The notes under the pieces were generated by a model. That model was not told the origin of the DNA. It ran no database searches and saw nothing but the letters and a program-made list of their open reading frames with translations. A stretch of 64,000 nt of DNA from Dehalococcoidia bacterium. Its GTDB lineage: Bacteria > Chloroflexota > Dehalococcoidia > Lucifugimonadales > UBA2962. Each line of letters opens with the position of its first letter. The first letter of the stretch is position 1. Location of the stretch: the NCBI GenBank assembly GCA_965219325.1, contig OZ244723.1, positions 2,090,158 through 2,154,157 of the forward strand. Reading direction: 5' to 3'. Made by a program: the position numbers and the translations under genes. Shown here in pieces: positions 17,811-26,587 of the stretch.

Positions 17811-20171
17811 ATGCGCAAGTACCTCTTCCACTACGCACAGACACATTCTCCATTCACAATGTGCGGCATCCGGAGAACGCATCCGGGCCGCCTGAAGTGG
17901 CGCGGGCGGGACATTTCGCCGGATATCCTCGAACTCGGAACTTTACCTCCACCTAACGGCGAACTCTGTCCCGACTGTGCCTTCGACTACGCCCGTAGTC
18001 GGCACCAACCGCGCCGACCTCCGGTCAGACCTTCCAACAAGCCAGGCTCGGCCAAGTCAGGCTCAGGTAAGACGATTGCAGCAATGCTCGCCCTAGTGGC
18101 ATTGATCATAGCTGTGGTCTCGGTCTTCGCCGTGTATAACAACCGGAAAGGGATGGATGGCCAACGGGAAAACGCGGTTGTCCTGGCAGCAACGTCAACG
18201 TCCATACCCCGTGCGACGATTGTCCCACCGACAACCGCTTCCCCGGCCGACAGTTCAGAATCAGTCCCATCTTCGCCCGACTCGGCCACACCACCGCCGA
18301 CACCCTCACCTCTTTCGAATGCGACGCCGACTCCAACACCCACACCGACCCAGCCTGCAGACCTCAGGCACCTGGAAGAAAAGCTCTACATGCTCGAACT
18401 AGTCAACGCCGCCCGTGTACGAGCGGGCGTTGAACCGGTGGCGCTGGGCGATAACGCCGCCGCCCAACTACATGCAGAGGCAGCCTTGGCAAACTGTTTT
18501 TCCTCTCACTGGGGCATCGACGGCCTCAAGCCCTACATGCGCTACAGCCTTGCTGGCGGGTACCAGTCCAACGCAGAGAACATCTCCGGCCTCGGCTATT
18601 GCATTAAGTCCTCCGATGGCTACCGTAGCAACGGCACAATAGAGTGGGAAATTCGCGAGGCCATGAATGGCCTCATGGACAGTCCCGGCCACCGCGACAA
18701 CATCCTGGATAGGTGGCACAGGAAGATCAACATCGGCCTTGCCTGGGACAGCTACAACTTCTCGCTGGTCCAGCATTTCGAAGGAGACTACGTCGAATAC
18801 GACCGCCTGCCGGAGATCCAAGACGGTGTGCTGCGCCTGTCAGGAACAGCCAAGAACGGAGTGACCTTCGAGAGCGATGCGGATTTGGGAGTGCAGATCT
18901 ACTTTGATCCGCCCCCGCATGCCCTCACTCGGGGGCAGGTCTCAAGGACCTACTGCTATGACCAGGGAAGGCTCATCGGGGCCCTGAGACCGCCCCTGTC
19001 CGGCGATTGGTACTACGACGACCACAGCCTCGACCACTCCCACCAGCCATGTCCCGACCCCTATGACGTTTCCCCAGAGGCCTCTGCCCCTCTATCTCAC
19101 GACGAAGCGCTCAAGTATTGGGAGGAGGCATATGAGGCCAGTCTGACAACTCCAATCGAGCAACTGAGGGTGCCATGGATTACGGCCTCGGAAATGAGAG
19201 TCAGGGATCAGTCCTTCTCAGTGACAGCCGATCTGGCTAGCCTGCTCACCGATCACGGCGATGGGGTCTACACGGTCAGCATATGGGGCAGCATGGATGG
19301 AGAGGACGTCGTCATCTCCCAATACTCGATATTCCATAAAAATGTCGCGCCTGACAGTTACAGCAGCACCGACCAGGCTGGCTTTGCCGTTGTCAGCGCC
19401 GGCTGGAGTCACACCTGCGGGGTGAAGGCGAACGGATCAGTCGAATGCTGGGGAAGAAATCTTGGAGGTGAGTCGACACCGCCGGACGGTTCATTCATCT
19501 CAGTAAGCGCCGGGGCGACGCACAGTTGCGGGCTAAAGACGGACGGCTCCGTCGAATGCTGGGGGTGGGACCAACTTGGCCAGTCCACTCCTCCCAATGA
19601 CTCATTCATCTCAGTAAGCGCCGGCTTCGAGCACAACTGTGGAGTGAAGGACGATGGCGCGGTGGCATGCTGGGGAAGTGACAACGAAGGCCAGTCCACG
19701 CCGCCGGACGGTTCGTTCATCTCCGTCAGCGCCGGAGGCAATCACACCTGCGGAGTACAGACGAACGGCTCAATCGCATGCTGGGGGAGAGACGCCGATG
19801 GTGAGTCCACGCCGCCAAGCGGCACATTCGTCTCAGTCAGCGCTGGTTCGAGTCACACTTGCGGCGTAAAGACAGACGGCTCCGTCGAATGCACTAAGGA
19901 TGGGCAACGCAAGTCCAGCCCGCCCGGTGGCCCTTTTGCCTCTGTCAGCGCCGGAGTGAATCACACATGTGGCGTCAAAGAGGGTGGCACGGTGGCATGC
20001 TGGGGAAGTCACGCCCATGGTGAGTCGACACCGCCGGACGGTTCATTCATCTCAGTAAGCGCTGGCCAGGGTTTTAGCTGCGGGATAAAGACGGACGAGT
20101 CCGTCGAATGCTGGGGAAGCGACTACCATGGCCAGTCCACCCCCCCCAAGAGGGCAACGTCCAATCCATGA
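17811..20171 (+). CDS. Membrane-anchored protein: TM helix, Pro/Thr linker, CAP/SCP domain, seven RCC1-like repeats
   Basis: LELVNAAR...SHWG...ENI...MDSPGHRDNIL (CAP); VSAGxxHTCGxKxDGSVxCWG repeats. Confidence 0.85.
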   Translation: MRKYLFHYAQTHSPFTMCGIRRTHPGRLKWRGRDISPDILELGTLPPPNGELCPDCAFDYARSRHQPRRPPVRPSNKPGSAKSGSGKTIAAMLALVALIIAVVSVFAVYNNRKGMDGQRENAVVLAATSTSIPRATIVPPTTASPADSSESVPSSPDSATPPPTPSPLSNATPTPTPTPTQPADLRHLEEKLYMLELVNAARVRAGVEPVALGDNAAAQLHAEAALANCFSSHWGIDGLKPYMRYSLAGGYQSNAENISGLGYCIKSSDGYRSNGTIEWEIREAMNGLMDSPGHRDNILDRWHRKINIGLAWDSYNFSLVQHFEGDYVEYDRLPEIQDGVLRLSGTAKNGVTFESDADLGVQIYFDPPPHALTRGQVSRTYCYDQGRLIGALRPPLSGDWYYDDHSLDHSHQPCPDPYDVSPEASAPLSHDEALKYWEEAYEASLTTPIEQLRVPWITASEMRVRDQSFSVTADLASLLTDHGDGVYTVSIWGSMDGEDVVISQYSIFHKNVAPDSYSSTDQAGFAVVSAGWSHTCGVKANGSVECWGRNLGGESTPPDGSFISVSAGATHSCGLKTDGSVECWGWDQLGQSTPPNDSFISVSAGFEHNCGVKDDGAVACWGSDNEGQSTPPDGSFISVSAGGNHTCGVQTNGSIACWGRDADGESTPPSGTFVSVSAGSSHTCGVKTDGSVECTKDGQRKSSPPGGPFASVSAGVNHTCGVKEGGTVACWGSHAHGESTPPDGSFISVSAGQGFSCGIKTDESVECWGSDYHGQSTPPKRATSNP
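19392..20150 (+). repeat. Seven tandem RCC1-like units of about 111 bp
   Basis: Unit starts at 19392, 19503, 19614, 19725, 19836, 19944, 20055. Confidence 0.9.
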
Positions 20172-20268
20172 GCGTTCCCCGCTGGCAGAGAGTGTCACAG
20201 TTGCATTGCAAGGATGAAATGCCCGGCCCCTCAGAAATTTCGCCCCTCAGGGAAGAAGTTTGCGGGAT

Positions 20269-20635
20269 TCAAACGAAGACGTATAGGGGTTCGGAGGACT
20301 CAGCGCCTTTCCAAGCCCGTCCTAGGGGCCCTACTCTCGTGAGTCTTGCTAGGTGCGAAACCCTAAGGGGAACATCAACCCCTGCTCTGCCGATCTCCCT
20401 TTGTGCCAAGCGGAGGAATTGGCCCGCCGCAAGCTCCTCATCGAATACGACGAAGACCGAAGGCACGGCGCCATGATCGTCCATTGGCCGCTTCGACGAG
20501 TAGTACCGAAGGTACGGCGCAAGCCTCCTCGCCATTGTCACTGGCCTCACCGCCCGGCGCTCCCATTCCAGGAAGAACGGAAACGTCTCCCCTCCCCTCC
20601 GCAGGATGCCGAACGCGTCCGGATGTACGGAATGC
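20269..20635 (-). pseudogene. C-terminal remnant of a replication-relaxation family gene, cut by IS3
   Basis: Frame open up to the IS end: HPDAFGILRRGGETFPFFLEWERRAVRPVTMARRLAPYLRYY; no N-terminal part beyond the IS. Confidence 0.6.
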
Positions 20636-20731
20636 TGACCTGCCCCCCAATGCCGGTTGATCTGCTCCCCGAATTCTGACCCAGTCAGAATGTTAGTTTT
20701 GCGGGAAGTGAAAGGACAGGAGGATTGGTCG

Positions 20732-20998
20732 ATGAAGAGGTCCCGGTATACGCCAGAGCAGATAGCCTTCGCGCTGCGGCAGGCCGAGAACGGCCTGCCG
20801 GTAGTGGAGGTCTGTAGAAAGATGGGGATCGCCGAGCAGACCTTCTACCGGTGGAAGAAGAGGTACGTCGGCATGGGAGTGGCTGAGGTGAGGCGTCTTA
20901 AGGTCCTGGAGGAGGAGAACCGCAAGCTCAAGCAGCTGGTGGCTGACCTGAGCCTGGACAAGCACATGCTCCAGGACGTGCTGAGAAAAAAGCCCTAG
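20732..20998 (+). CDS. IS3 transposase OrfA
   Basis: MKRSRYTPEQI...GIAEQTFYRWKK...LEEENRKLKQLVADLSLDK. Confidence 0.92.
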   Translation: MKRSRYTPEQIAFALRQAENGLPVVEVCRKMGIAEQTFYRWKKRYVGMGVAEVRRLKVLEEENRKLKQLVADLSLDKHMLQDVLRKKP

Positions 20999-21009
20999 AG
21001 CCTGCTCAG

Positions 21010-21828
21010 ATGAGAGACCACGCCGAGTATCTACAGGTGGCCTACGGTTCGAGCGAGCGCCGCGCGTGCCAGGTGCTGACGCTTGGACGCTCGACCTGCA
21101 GGTACGAGAGCGTGGCCGCTGAGCAGGCTGCCCTGAGGATGAGGATCAGGGATCTTGCGGCATCGCGGGTTAGCTATGGATACAGGCGCATCCACGTGCT
21201 GCTGAGGAGGGAAGGATGGAAGGTGAATCACAAGAAGGTCTACAGGCTCTACCGCATGGAGGGGCTGCGGATACGGCCGAAGCGGCCCAGGCGACACGTA
21301 TCCGGCCAGAGGAGGGAGAGCAGGGTCGTGGCGTCGAGATCCGACGAGCGGTGGGCCATGGATTTCATGAGCGACGAGCTGTTCGACGGCAGGCGGATCC
21401 GGATCTTGACGATAGTGGATCACTTCAGCCGAGAGAGTCTGGCTATCGTGGTGGACGGAAGCCTCGGAGGACGTCGAGTGGTGGAGACTTTGGCCATGCT
21501 GGCGCTGGAAGGAAGGAAGCCTCGGACCATAGCCATGGACAACGGCCCCGAATTCACCTCCAAAGCACTGGACCAGTGGGCATACCTGAACGGTGTGGAG
21601 TTGGACTTCAGCCGGCCGGGCAAGCCCACTGACAACGCGATCGTAGAGGCCTTCAACGGCAGGCTCCGTGCCGAATGTCTGAACGAGAACTGGTTCCTGT
21701 CGTTGGACGACGCCAAGGAGAAGATAGAAGATTGGCGCAGGTACTACAACGGTGAGCGTCCCCACGGCGCCCTGGGAAACCTCACCCCGGAGACATTCGC
21801 CTCGAAGACACCGGCGGTTGTTGGATAA
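21010..21828 (+). CDS. IS3 transposase OrfB (integrase core)
   Basis: YGYRRI, WAMDFMSD, DNGPEFTS, SRPGKPTDNAIVEAFNGRLRAECLN, YNGERPH. Confidence 0.95.
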   Translation: MRDHAEYLQVAYGSSERRACQVLTLGRSTCRYESVAAEQAALRMRIRDLAASRVSYGYRRIHVLLRREGWKVNHKKVYRLYRMEGLRIRPKRPRRHVSGQRRESRVVASRSDERWAMDFMSDELFDGRRIRILTIVDHFSRESLAIVVDGSLGGRRVVETLAMLALEGRKPRTIAMDNGPEFTSKALDQWAYLNGVELDFSRPGKPTDNAIVEAFNGRLRAECLNENWFLSLDDAKEKIEDWRRYYNGERPHGALGNLTPETFASKTPAVVG

Positions 21829-21940
21829 GTCGCAAAACTAACATTCCACCTGGTACAGAAAATGGGGCAAGCTCACGGTCCAGCTTAGTAACATTCCAGC
21901 CGGGTCAGATTTTGGGGCGCAGGTCAGGTTTCCTTACAGG

Positions 21941-21980
21941 TCGATTACCAGTTCGAAAGTTCGCAATACGGTCTCGCCGA
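21941..21980 (+). repeat. 40-bp direct repeat, copy 1
   Basis: TCGATTACCAGTTCGAAAGTTCGCAATACGGTCTCGCCGA, identical to 26588-26627; next bases AGGTAC vs GGGTAC. Confidence 0.95.
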
Positions 21981-22205
21981 AGGTACGCTGCTTCCCGCTC
22001 GCTCGGCAAGGGCGGTGGGCCCAGCGTTCGTCGCGCCCGACGGCTGTCGCCCTTGGCCGTATCGGCGCCGAATCGTGGTCGGTGCGCATTCGCGCGGGGC
22101 CGTGTGGCGCGAGGGCACGGGCTGAGGCTCCACGTTCGCGGATACGGTCCTGGCAAGCCCCCCCTTGAGTGCGACCCCGGTCCGTTCGTTAAGATAGCGG
22201 GGTAC

Positions 22206-22268
22206 GCCCCCGTAGCTCAGCGGATAGAGCACCGGTTTCCTAAACCGGGTGTCGCGCCGGGGGCGCCA
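22206..22268 (+). pseudogene. tRNA-Arg(CCT) lacking the inner T-arm (63 nt, about 13 nt missing)
   Basis: Intact acceptor GCCCCCG/CGGGGGC, D-arm, CCGGT-TTCCTAA-ACCGG anticodon arm and CCA; GTGTC-GC|GC where the T-stem/loop should be. Confidence 0.85.
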
Positions 22269-22443
22269 CCTCACCTCGCGCCACGGACAGTGCGCTGCCC
22301 GCCTCCGCCCGCAGGGTCTATGGCCTCATCCTTTCAGCTGCGCTCCCGCCCCGCCTGCGGCACCTGAATCCGCGCCACCGGCTGCCCGGGCGCCCGCCGG
22401 TCCCCTGGAGAATGTCCCGGGCCGCGGGATTTCCGCCCTGCCC

Positions 22444-22680
22444 TCAGTCCGGCCTCGCCCCGTTGCCTCCTGGCCTCGCCTTCCAGGAGATCTCGATGGT
22501 GACCTTGCCTCCTCTGGAGGGCTCCTTGCCCTTGACGTCGAGCTCTACTGACCTGGTCGGCCTGGTGGAAAAACCCTTGCCGAACCTGATGCTCCCGGTT
22601 GCTAGGCCCAGCGCTATGGCGCTGATGCTCTCGGCGGACCTCTCGGGACTCAGTGTCCTCTTGAGCTTGGCCGTCGCCAT
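22444..22680 (-). CDS. Amphi-Trp domain protein
   Basis: 78 aa; ...ALGLATGSIRF...VELDVKGK...KVTIEISW matches the amphi-Trp pattern. Confidence 0.65.
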   Translation of the reverse strand: MATAKLKRTLSPERSAESISAIALGLATGSIRFGKGFSTRPTRSVELDVKGKEPSRGGKVTIEISWKARPGGNGARPD

Positions 22681-22689
22681 AGATGCGGC

Positions 22690-23462
22690 CTAGGCCAGGG
22701 CCGGAACACCGACGAGTGCCCCGCGCTCTCCCTCGGCGGCCGGGGCGGGGCGGCTGCGGTCGGCCGCCATGCGCTGCTTGACGATCGATTTGTGGGCCTT
22801 GCTGATCCGCACCAGGGAGTCGATCCGGGGGGCCGTCTCCGTCAGGGTCGTGCGCTCCGCAAGACACCGCTTGAGCCCCTGCTACGTCAGCTCATCCAGC
22901 GCGAGAACGGTGCTCTGCACCCCTGTCTGGGGCCAGACATGCGCGTCCGAACCGCCCACAACGGGCAGGTCGAACTCCGCCGCAAGTCGCCGTATCTTCG
23001 GCTCGACCCGGGAGAGCGCCACATCCTTGCCGTTTACCTCGAGGGCGTCAAAGCGCCCCAGGTGCCTGCGGCCCACCTCGACGGTGCTCTTGCCCTGCTG
23101 GGTTGGGTGGGCGGCGATGATCACCAGGCCGGCCGCCCTGGGCGGAAGGATCGATCGAACAGGCCCATCTGCTCGATGTCGCCGATCAGCACGATGTCCA
23201 CCCTCTCTGCAACGGTCAGCTCCGCGCCGGTAAGGACGTTAAAGCCCTCCCCCACGGAAAAGTGGCCGCCGCGGTAGGTGTACCTGCAGAGTAGCTCGCC
23301 GAGTATTGCACAGTAGTCTCCCGTGTGAAGGTGCTCGGTAAGTGCAAAGCCCGAAAGGCCCATCCTCCTCGCCCGTTCCACGATGGACTCGAAATGCTGG
23401 AGGCTGAACTCTTCGGCCTTGCAAACCTTGGCGTGTACGTGAAGGTCCGCCCTGATCGTCAT
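22690..23462 (-). pseudogene. PHP-family phosphoesterase with a frameshift/deletion at about 23139 and an in-frame TAG at 22882-22884
   Basis: DLHVH, ALTEH, LTGAEL in the first frame; LVIIAAHP, DALEVNGKD, GGSDAH in the second; after the TAG the frame continues QGLKRCLAERT...RISKAHKSIVK to TAG at 22690. Confidence 0.8.
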
Positions 23463-23520
23463 CGAGTCGCGTCTTCTCCTTGGCTCAGTCGGCCTATCCC
23501 CTCACGTTAGCAGCGGCAGA

Positions 23521-23546
23521 TTAACAATGCATGACAGAATTGTTAA
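23521..23546. promoter_or_regulatory. TTAACAAT-N10-ATTGTTAA palindrome with a CTGTCAT Pho-box-like core on the minus strand
   Basis: AT-rich island upstream of the PHP/amphi-Trp genes. Confidence 0.4.
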
Positions 23547-23805
23547 ACGAAGTCTAATTGGAAATGGTTTAGCCGGCTTCCAAGAAATCGGCTGACCGCG
23601 GTTCAATGGCCGTTCCCATGTTGCCACGGACGTGTTGGGCATTGTCACCTCCCTTTGGCCGGGGTGCGGCGGGCGCCCGGGTGCGGGGGGCAGGTCGGGA
23701 GGGGGCTGTCAGGGGCGCGGTATCAGGCTCGAGGCGGCCAACCAGGCCGCCCCTAAAGGATCGGTTAACGGCAGCCGGCTCCCGGCGGACGCTCCGCTCG
23801 TCGGG

Positions 23806-24990
23806 TCAGGGGACGAACAGTTCGCTCTCGGCCAGCGCCTCTTCCTCGCTGTTGCCGCCAGCTATGAGCACCCTCCCGTCGGATAGCACCGCGGCGGCGT
23901 GGCGGTACCTGGCCTGTACCATGTCAGGCGCCGCTGTCCAGGACATCGTGGCCGGATCGAAGATCTCGGCCGAGTTCTTAACGCCCAAGCCGCCGGTGAC
24001 CAGCACCCGCCCGTCTGACAGCAGGATGGCAACGTGCTCTGCGCGTGGCTGCCGGGTCTCGCCGGCCCGGGTCCACGAGGAAGTCGCCGGATCGAAGATC
24101 TCGGCCAACGTCTTTTTGCCCGTGCCGCCGACCACCAGGACACGGCCGTCCTTGAGCACGGTCGCCGTGTGGAGCACCCTGCCCTCGGCCATGTTACCCG
24201 CCTCGGCCCAGCTGTCGCTCGACGGATCGTACACCTCCGCAGAGTCCGTATACGGTCCGTCCAGCTTCCCGCCCCCCGTGACGAGGGCCCTCCCGTCCAG
24301 CAGGGTTGTGGCCGTGTGCAGAGTGCGCTCGGTGCTCATCGGGGCCGCCGGCGTCCATTGGCCGGTCGCCGGGTCGTAAATCTCTACCGAGTCGAGCCTC
24401 TTCAGCCGCTTGGTATCGACGCCCCCCGTAAGGACGACGCGCCCGTCGGGCAGGGCGGTCCATGCCGCCTCCGCCCGCCCGGTGTTGATCGAGCCGGTTG
24501 AGTTCCAGGTACCCGAGTCAGGGTCCCAGATCTCGGACGTGCGTATGGCCTCGAATCCGGTCAGTTCCGTGCCGCCCGCAGCCAGCACTGAACCGCCAGG
24601 CAGGACGGCCAGCAGGTGCTTTCGGCGGCCCTCGGCCAAGTCCCCGGTGGAGGTCCACTCGCCCGTCGCCGGGTCGTATATCTCCGCGGAGGTGTGTACG
24701 AGCCCTCGGTGGCTGCCCTTTCCCCAGCCTCCGGCGGTCAGCACCCTGCCGTCGGGAAGTGTGACCATGGCGTGGTACTGGCGGTCGTTGCCCATGGCAT
24801 CGGTTCCGACGAACTCCCCCTCCCCTCCGCTCGGTGCGGGCGTGTCTTCGGCCGGCGGTGCCGCGGCGGGCTCGGTGCCAGGCCCTGCCGAGCAGGCGGC
24901 GAGCGGGATCATACCCGCTGCAAGGACCAGGAAAAGAACCAGTGCGGTCCGCCACCCGGGAGTGCGGTTCTGCGGAGCAAGCGGTCTCAC
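23806..24990 (-). CDS. Kelch-repeat beta-propeller lipoprotein
   Basis: LAAC lipobox; six R.xH.A..L.DGRVLV.GG...AEIYDPATG.W repeats. Confidence 0.88.
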   Translation of the reverse strand: MRPLAPQNRTPGWRTALVLFLVLAAGMIPLAACSAGPGTEPAAAPPAEDTPAPSGGEGEFVGTDAMGNDRQYHAMVTLPDGRVLTAGGWGKGSHRGLVHTSAEIYDPATGEWTSTGDLAEGRRKHLLAVLPGGSVLAAGGTELTGFEAIRTSEIWDPDSGTWNSTGSINTGRAEAAWTALPDGRVVLTGGVDTKRLKRLDSVEIYDPATGQWTPAAPMSTERTLHTATTLLDGRALVTGGGKLDGPYTDSAEVYDPSSDSWAEAGNMAEGRVLHTATVLKDGRVLVVGGTGKKTLAEIFDPATSSWTRAGETRQPRAEHVAILLSDGRVLVTGGLGVKNSAEIFDPATMSWTAAPDMVQARYRHAAAVLSDGRVLIAGGNSEEEALAESELFVP

Positions 24991-25068
24991 GACGGGGATA
25001 GTCTACGCGAGTGCCGAGCCGCGCCCGGGGATCGGCCGTTCGCTGCCCGGCGTTCGCGGGAAGGACCG

Positions 25069-26007
25069 ATGTCCGAGTACGTGGCCTATCTGAACGGGGA
25101 ATGGGTCGACTCCGACGAGCTCAGGATCGACCGCAGGGACCGCGGTTTTCGCACTGGCGACGTCGTGTTCGACACGGCGGGCACGTTCGACGGGGTCATA
25201 TTCGACACGCGCCTGCACGCAGAGAGGCTGATCCGGTCCCTAAAGTACGCCCGCATCGACTCTGGGCTGACCACCGACGAGTGGGAGGCGGTCATGCAGG
25301 AGGCGGTAGACAGGAACCAGCACCTCTTGCCCTCGGCCGGGGACTTTTACATCTACCCGTTTATCACCAGGGGCATGGGCCATCCGGCACCGGCGTCGGG
25401 CCCTCCCACCGTCGCCTGCGAGGCCTATCCCTTGTACTTTGGACGGTGGGCCGAGTGGTTCGACCAAGGCGTGAAGGGTGCCATACCCAAGGCGCGCAGC
25501 CTGTCGAGTGATCAGATCGACGCCAAGATCAAGCACCAGAGCCGGATGAACATGAACCTGGCCGAGATGGAGGCCTGGGATATCGACGAGGGCGCCTACC
25601 CGGTCATGCTCGACCTCGCCGGCAATCTCACCGAGGGCACGATCAACTCGGTGTTCCTGGTCTCTGGCGGGGTCCTGAAGTGCCCGACCGACACCGTCAT
25701 ACTCCAGAGCCTGTCGCGCTGGACGGTCCGGGACCTTGCGGGACAGCTGGAAATACCGGTGGTCGAGGAGGACCTTCAGCCCTACGACCTGTACACGTCT
25801 GACGAGGCCTTCCTGGCCTTTACCGGCCCATGTGTGCTGCCCTTGACCACCGTGGACCGCCGCGAGATCGGAGACAGCAGGCCCGGCCCCATCACAAGGC
25901 AGCTGCTCGCCGCATGGTCCGAGCGCGCCGGCGTGGATATCGTGGGCCAGGCCCAGAGACACGGCCAGCTGGCCAGTGCCGGGCATCCCGATGCCCCGCA
26001 GGCCTAG
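25069..26007 (+). CDS. PLP-dependent aminotransferase class IV (IlvE/PabC/DAT-like)
   Basis: YLNGEWV, DRGF..GDVVFDT, H..RL..S, AKIK (PLP Lys), LTEG...VFLV, DEAFL, PGPIT; the 463-aa ORF in the track is over-extended upstream. Confidence 0.88.
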   Translation: MSEYVAYLNGEWVDSDELRIDRRDRGFRTGDVVFDTAGTFDGVIFDTRLHAERLIRSLKYARIDSGLTTDEWEAVMQEAVDRNQHLLPSAGDFYIYPFITRGMGHPAPASGPPTVACEAYPLYFGRWAEWFDQGVKGAIPKARSLSSDQIDAKIKHQSRMNMNLAEMEAWDIDEGAYPVMLDLAGNLTEGTINSVFLVSGGVLKCPTDTVILQSLSRWTVRDLAGQLEIPVVEEDLQPYDLYTSDEAFLAFTGPCVLPLTTVDRREIGDSRPGPITRQLLAAWSERAGVDIVGQAQRHGQLASAGHPDAPQA

Positions 26008-26245
26008 ATTATTCGCTCCCCCGCCCGTGCGCATGCCGCGGCCAGGGGAGCAAGATCGGGCCCGGGCCAATTGCAGGTGAACTCGGGGAACTGAGAGGGT
26101 GGGGCGCCCCAACTGGCACTATGGTGATCACCCGCCAGCGTGCACCTGCGTGGCTTGCACGCAAGCCACCGCCAGGCGGGGGTAGTGGCGCTGTTGCGGC
26201 GGCTGCTCGCCCAACTCCGTATTCGCTAGGCGGCAGGAGTCGCCC

Positions 26246-26446
26246 CTAGTACTTGGAGGACTCTACCTCCGGCAACTTGCCGGTCACCAGGAAGATGGCG
26301 CGCTCCGCGACGTTGGTGGCCCTGTCGGCGATCCTCTCCAGGTCGTGGGAGACCCACAGCAGGTAAGTGGCGCGTTTGACAGTGCCAGGATCCTCGATCA
26401 TGAACATCAACAGCTCGCGGTAGACTTGCTCGTAGATCCGGTCCAC
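26246..26446 (-). pseudogene. phoU: C-terminal fragment of PhoU
   Basis: VDRIYEQVYRELL.FMIEDP...ATYLLWVSHDLERIADRATNVAERAIFLVTG; upstream sequence unrelated. Confidence 0.85.
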
Positions 26447-26587
26447 CAAAGGGGATTCGAACCGAATTTCAAAGCTGGTGCCTGTGATCGCGGGCACCAA
26501 GACAAGCCTGCTTGGGCGACGCAAGCGGAGTCGGGTCGTTTGACCGCGATTAACGCAACTTGTACTGTCGACTAGATCCCGACCATC

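Larger units (their letters stand above)
20636..21926 (+). mobile_element. IS3-family insertion sequence (IS407-like)
   Basis: TGACCTGC...GCAGGTCA ends; orfA/orfB; AAAAAAG -1 frameshift motif at 20986-20992; no matching target duplication. Confidence 0.93.

Noticed and set aside
19392-20150. CRISPR array or DGR variable region
   Set aside because: Repeats are in-frame 111-bp coding units without unique spacers; no cas or reverse transcriptase gene; differences are not adenine-specific
22882-22884. Pyrrolysine readthrough of the TAG in the PHP gene
   Set aside because: The gene already has an upstream frameshift and no pyl genes are visible; a nonsense mutation is simpler
24616-25068. N-terminal 150 aa of the 463-aa ORF, and the many other long shadow ORFs in the track
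   Set aside because: They overlap well-supported genes on other frames or strands and have Arg/Pro/Gly-rich composition typical of high-GC antisense frames
26436-26465. TCCACCA plus reverse-strand GGTTCGAATCCCC at the phoU breakpoint, as a tRNA/tmRNA-derived att site
   Set aside because: The two motifs are on opposite strands, form no acceptor stem and are short enough to be chance
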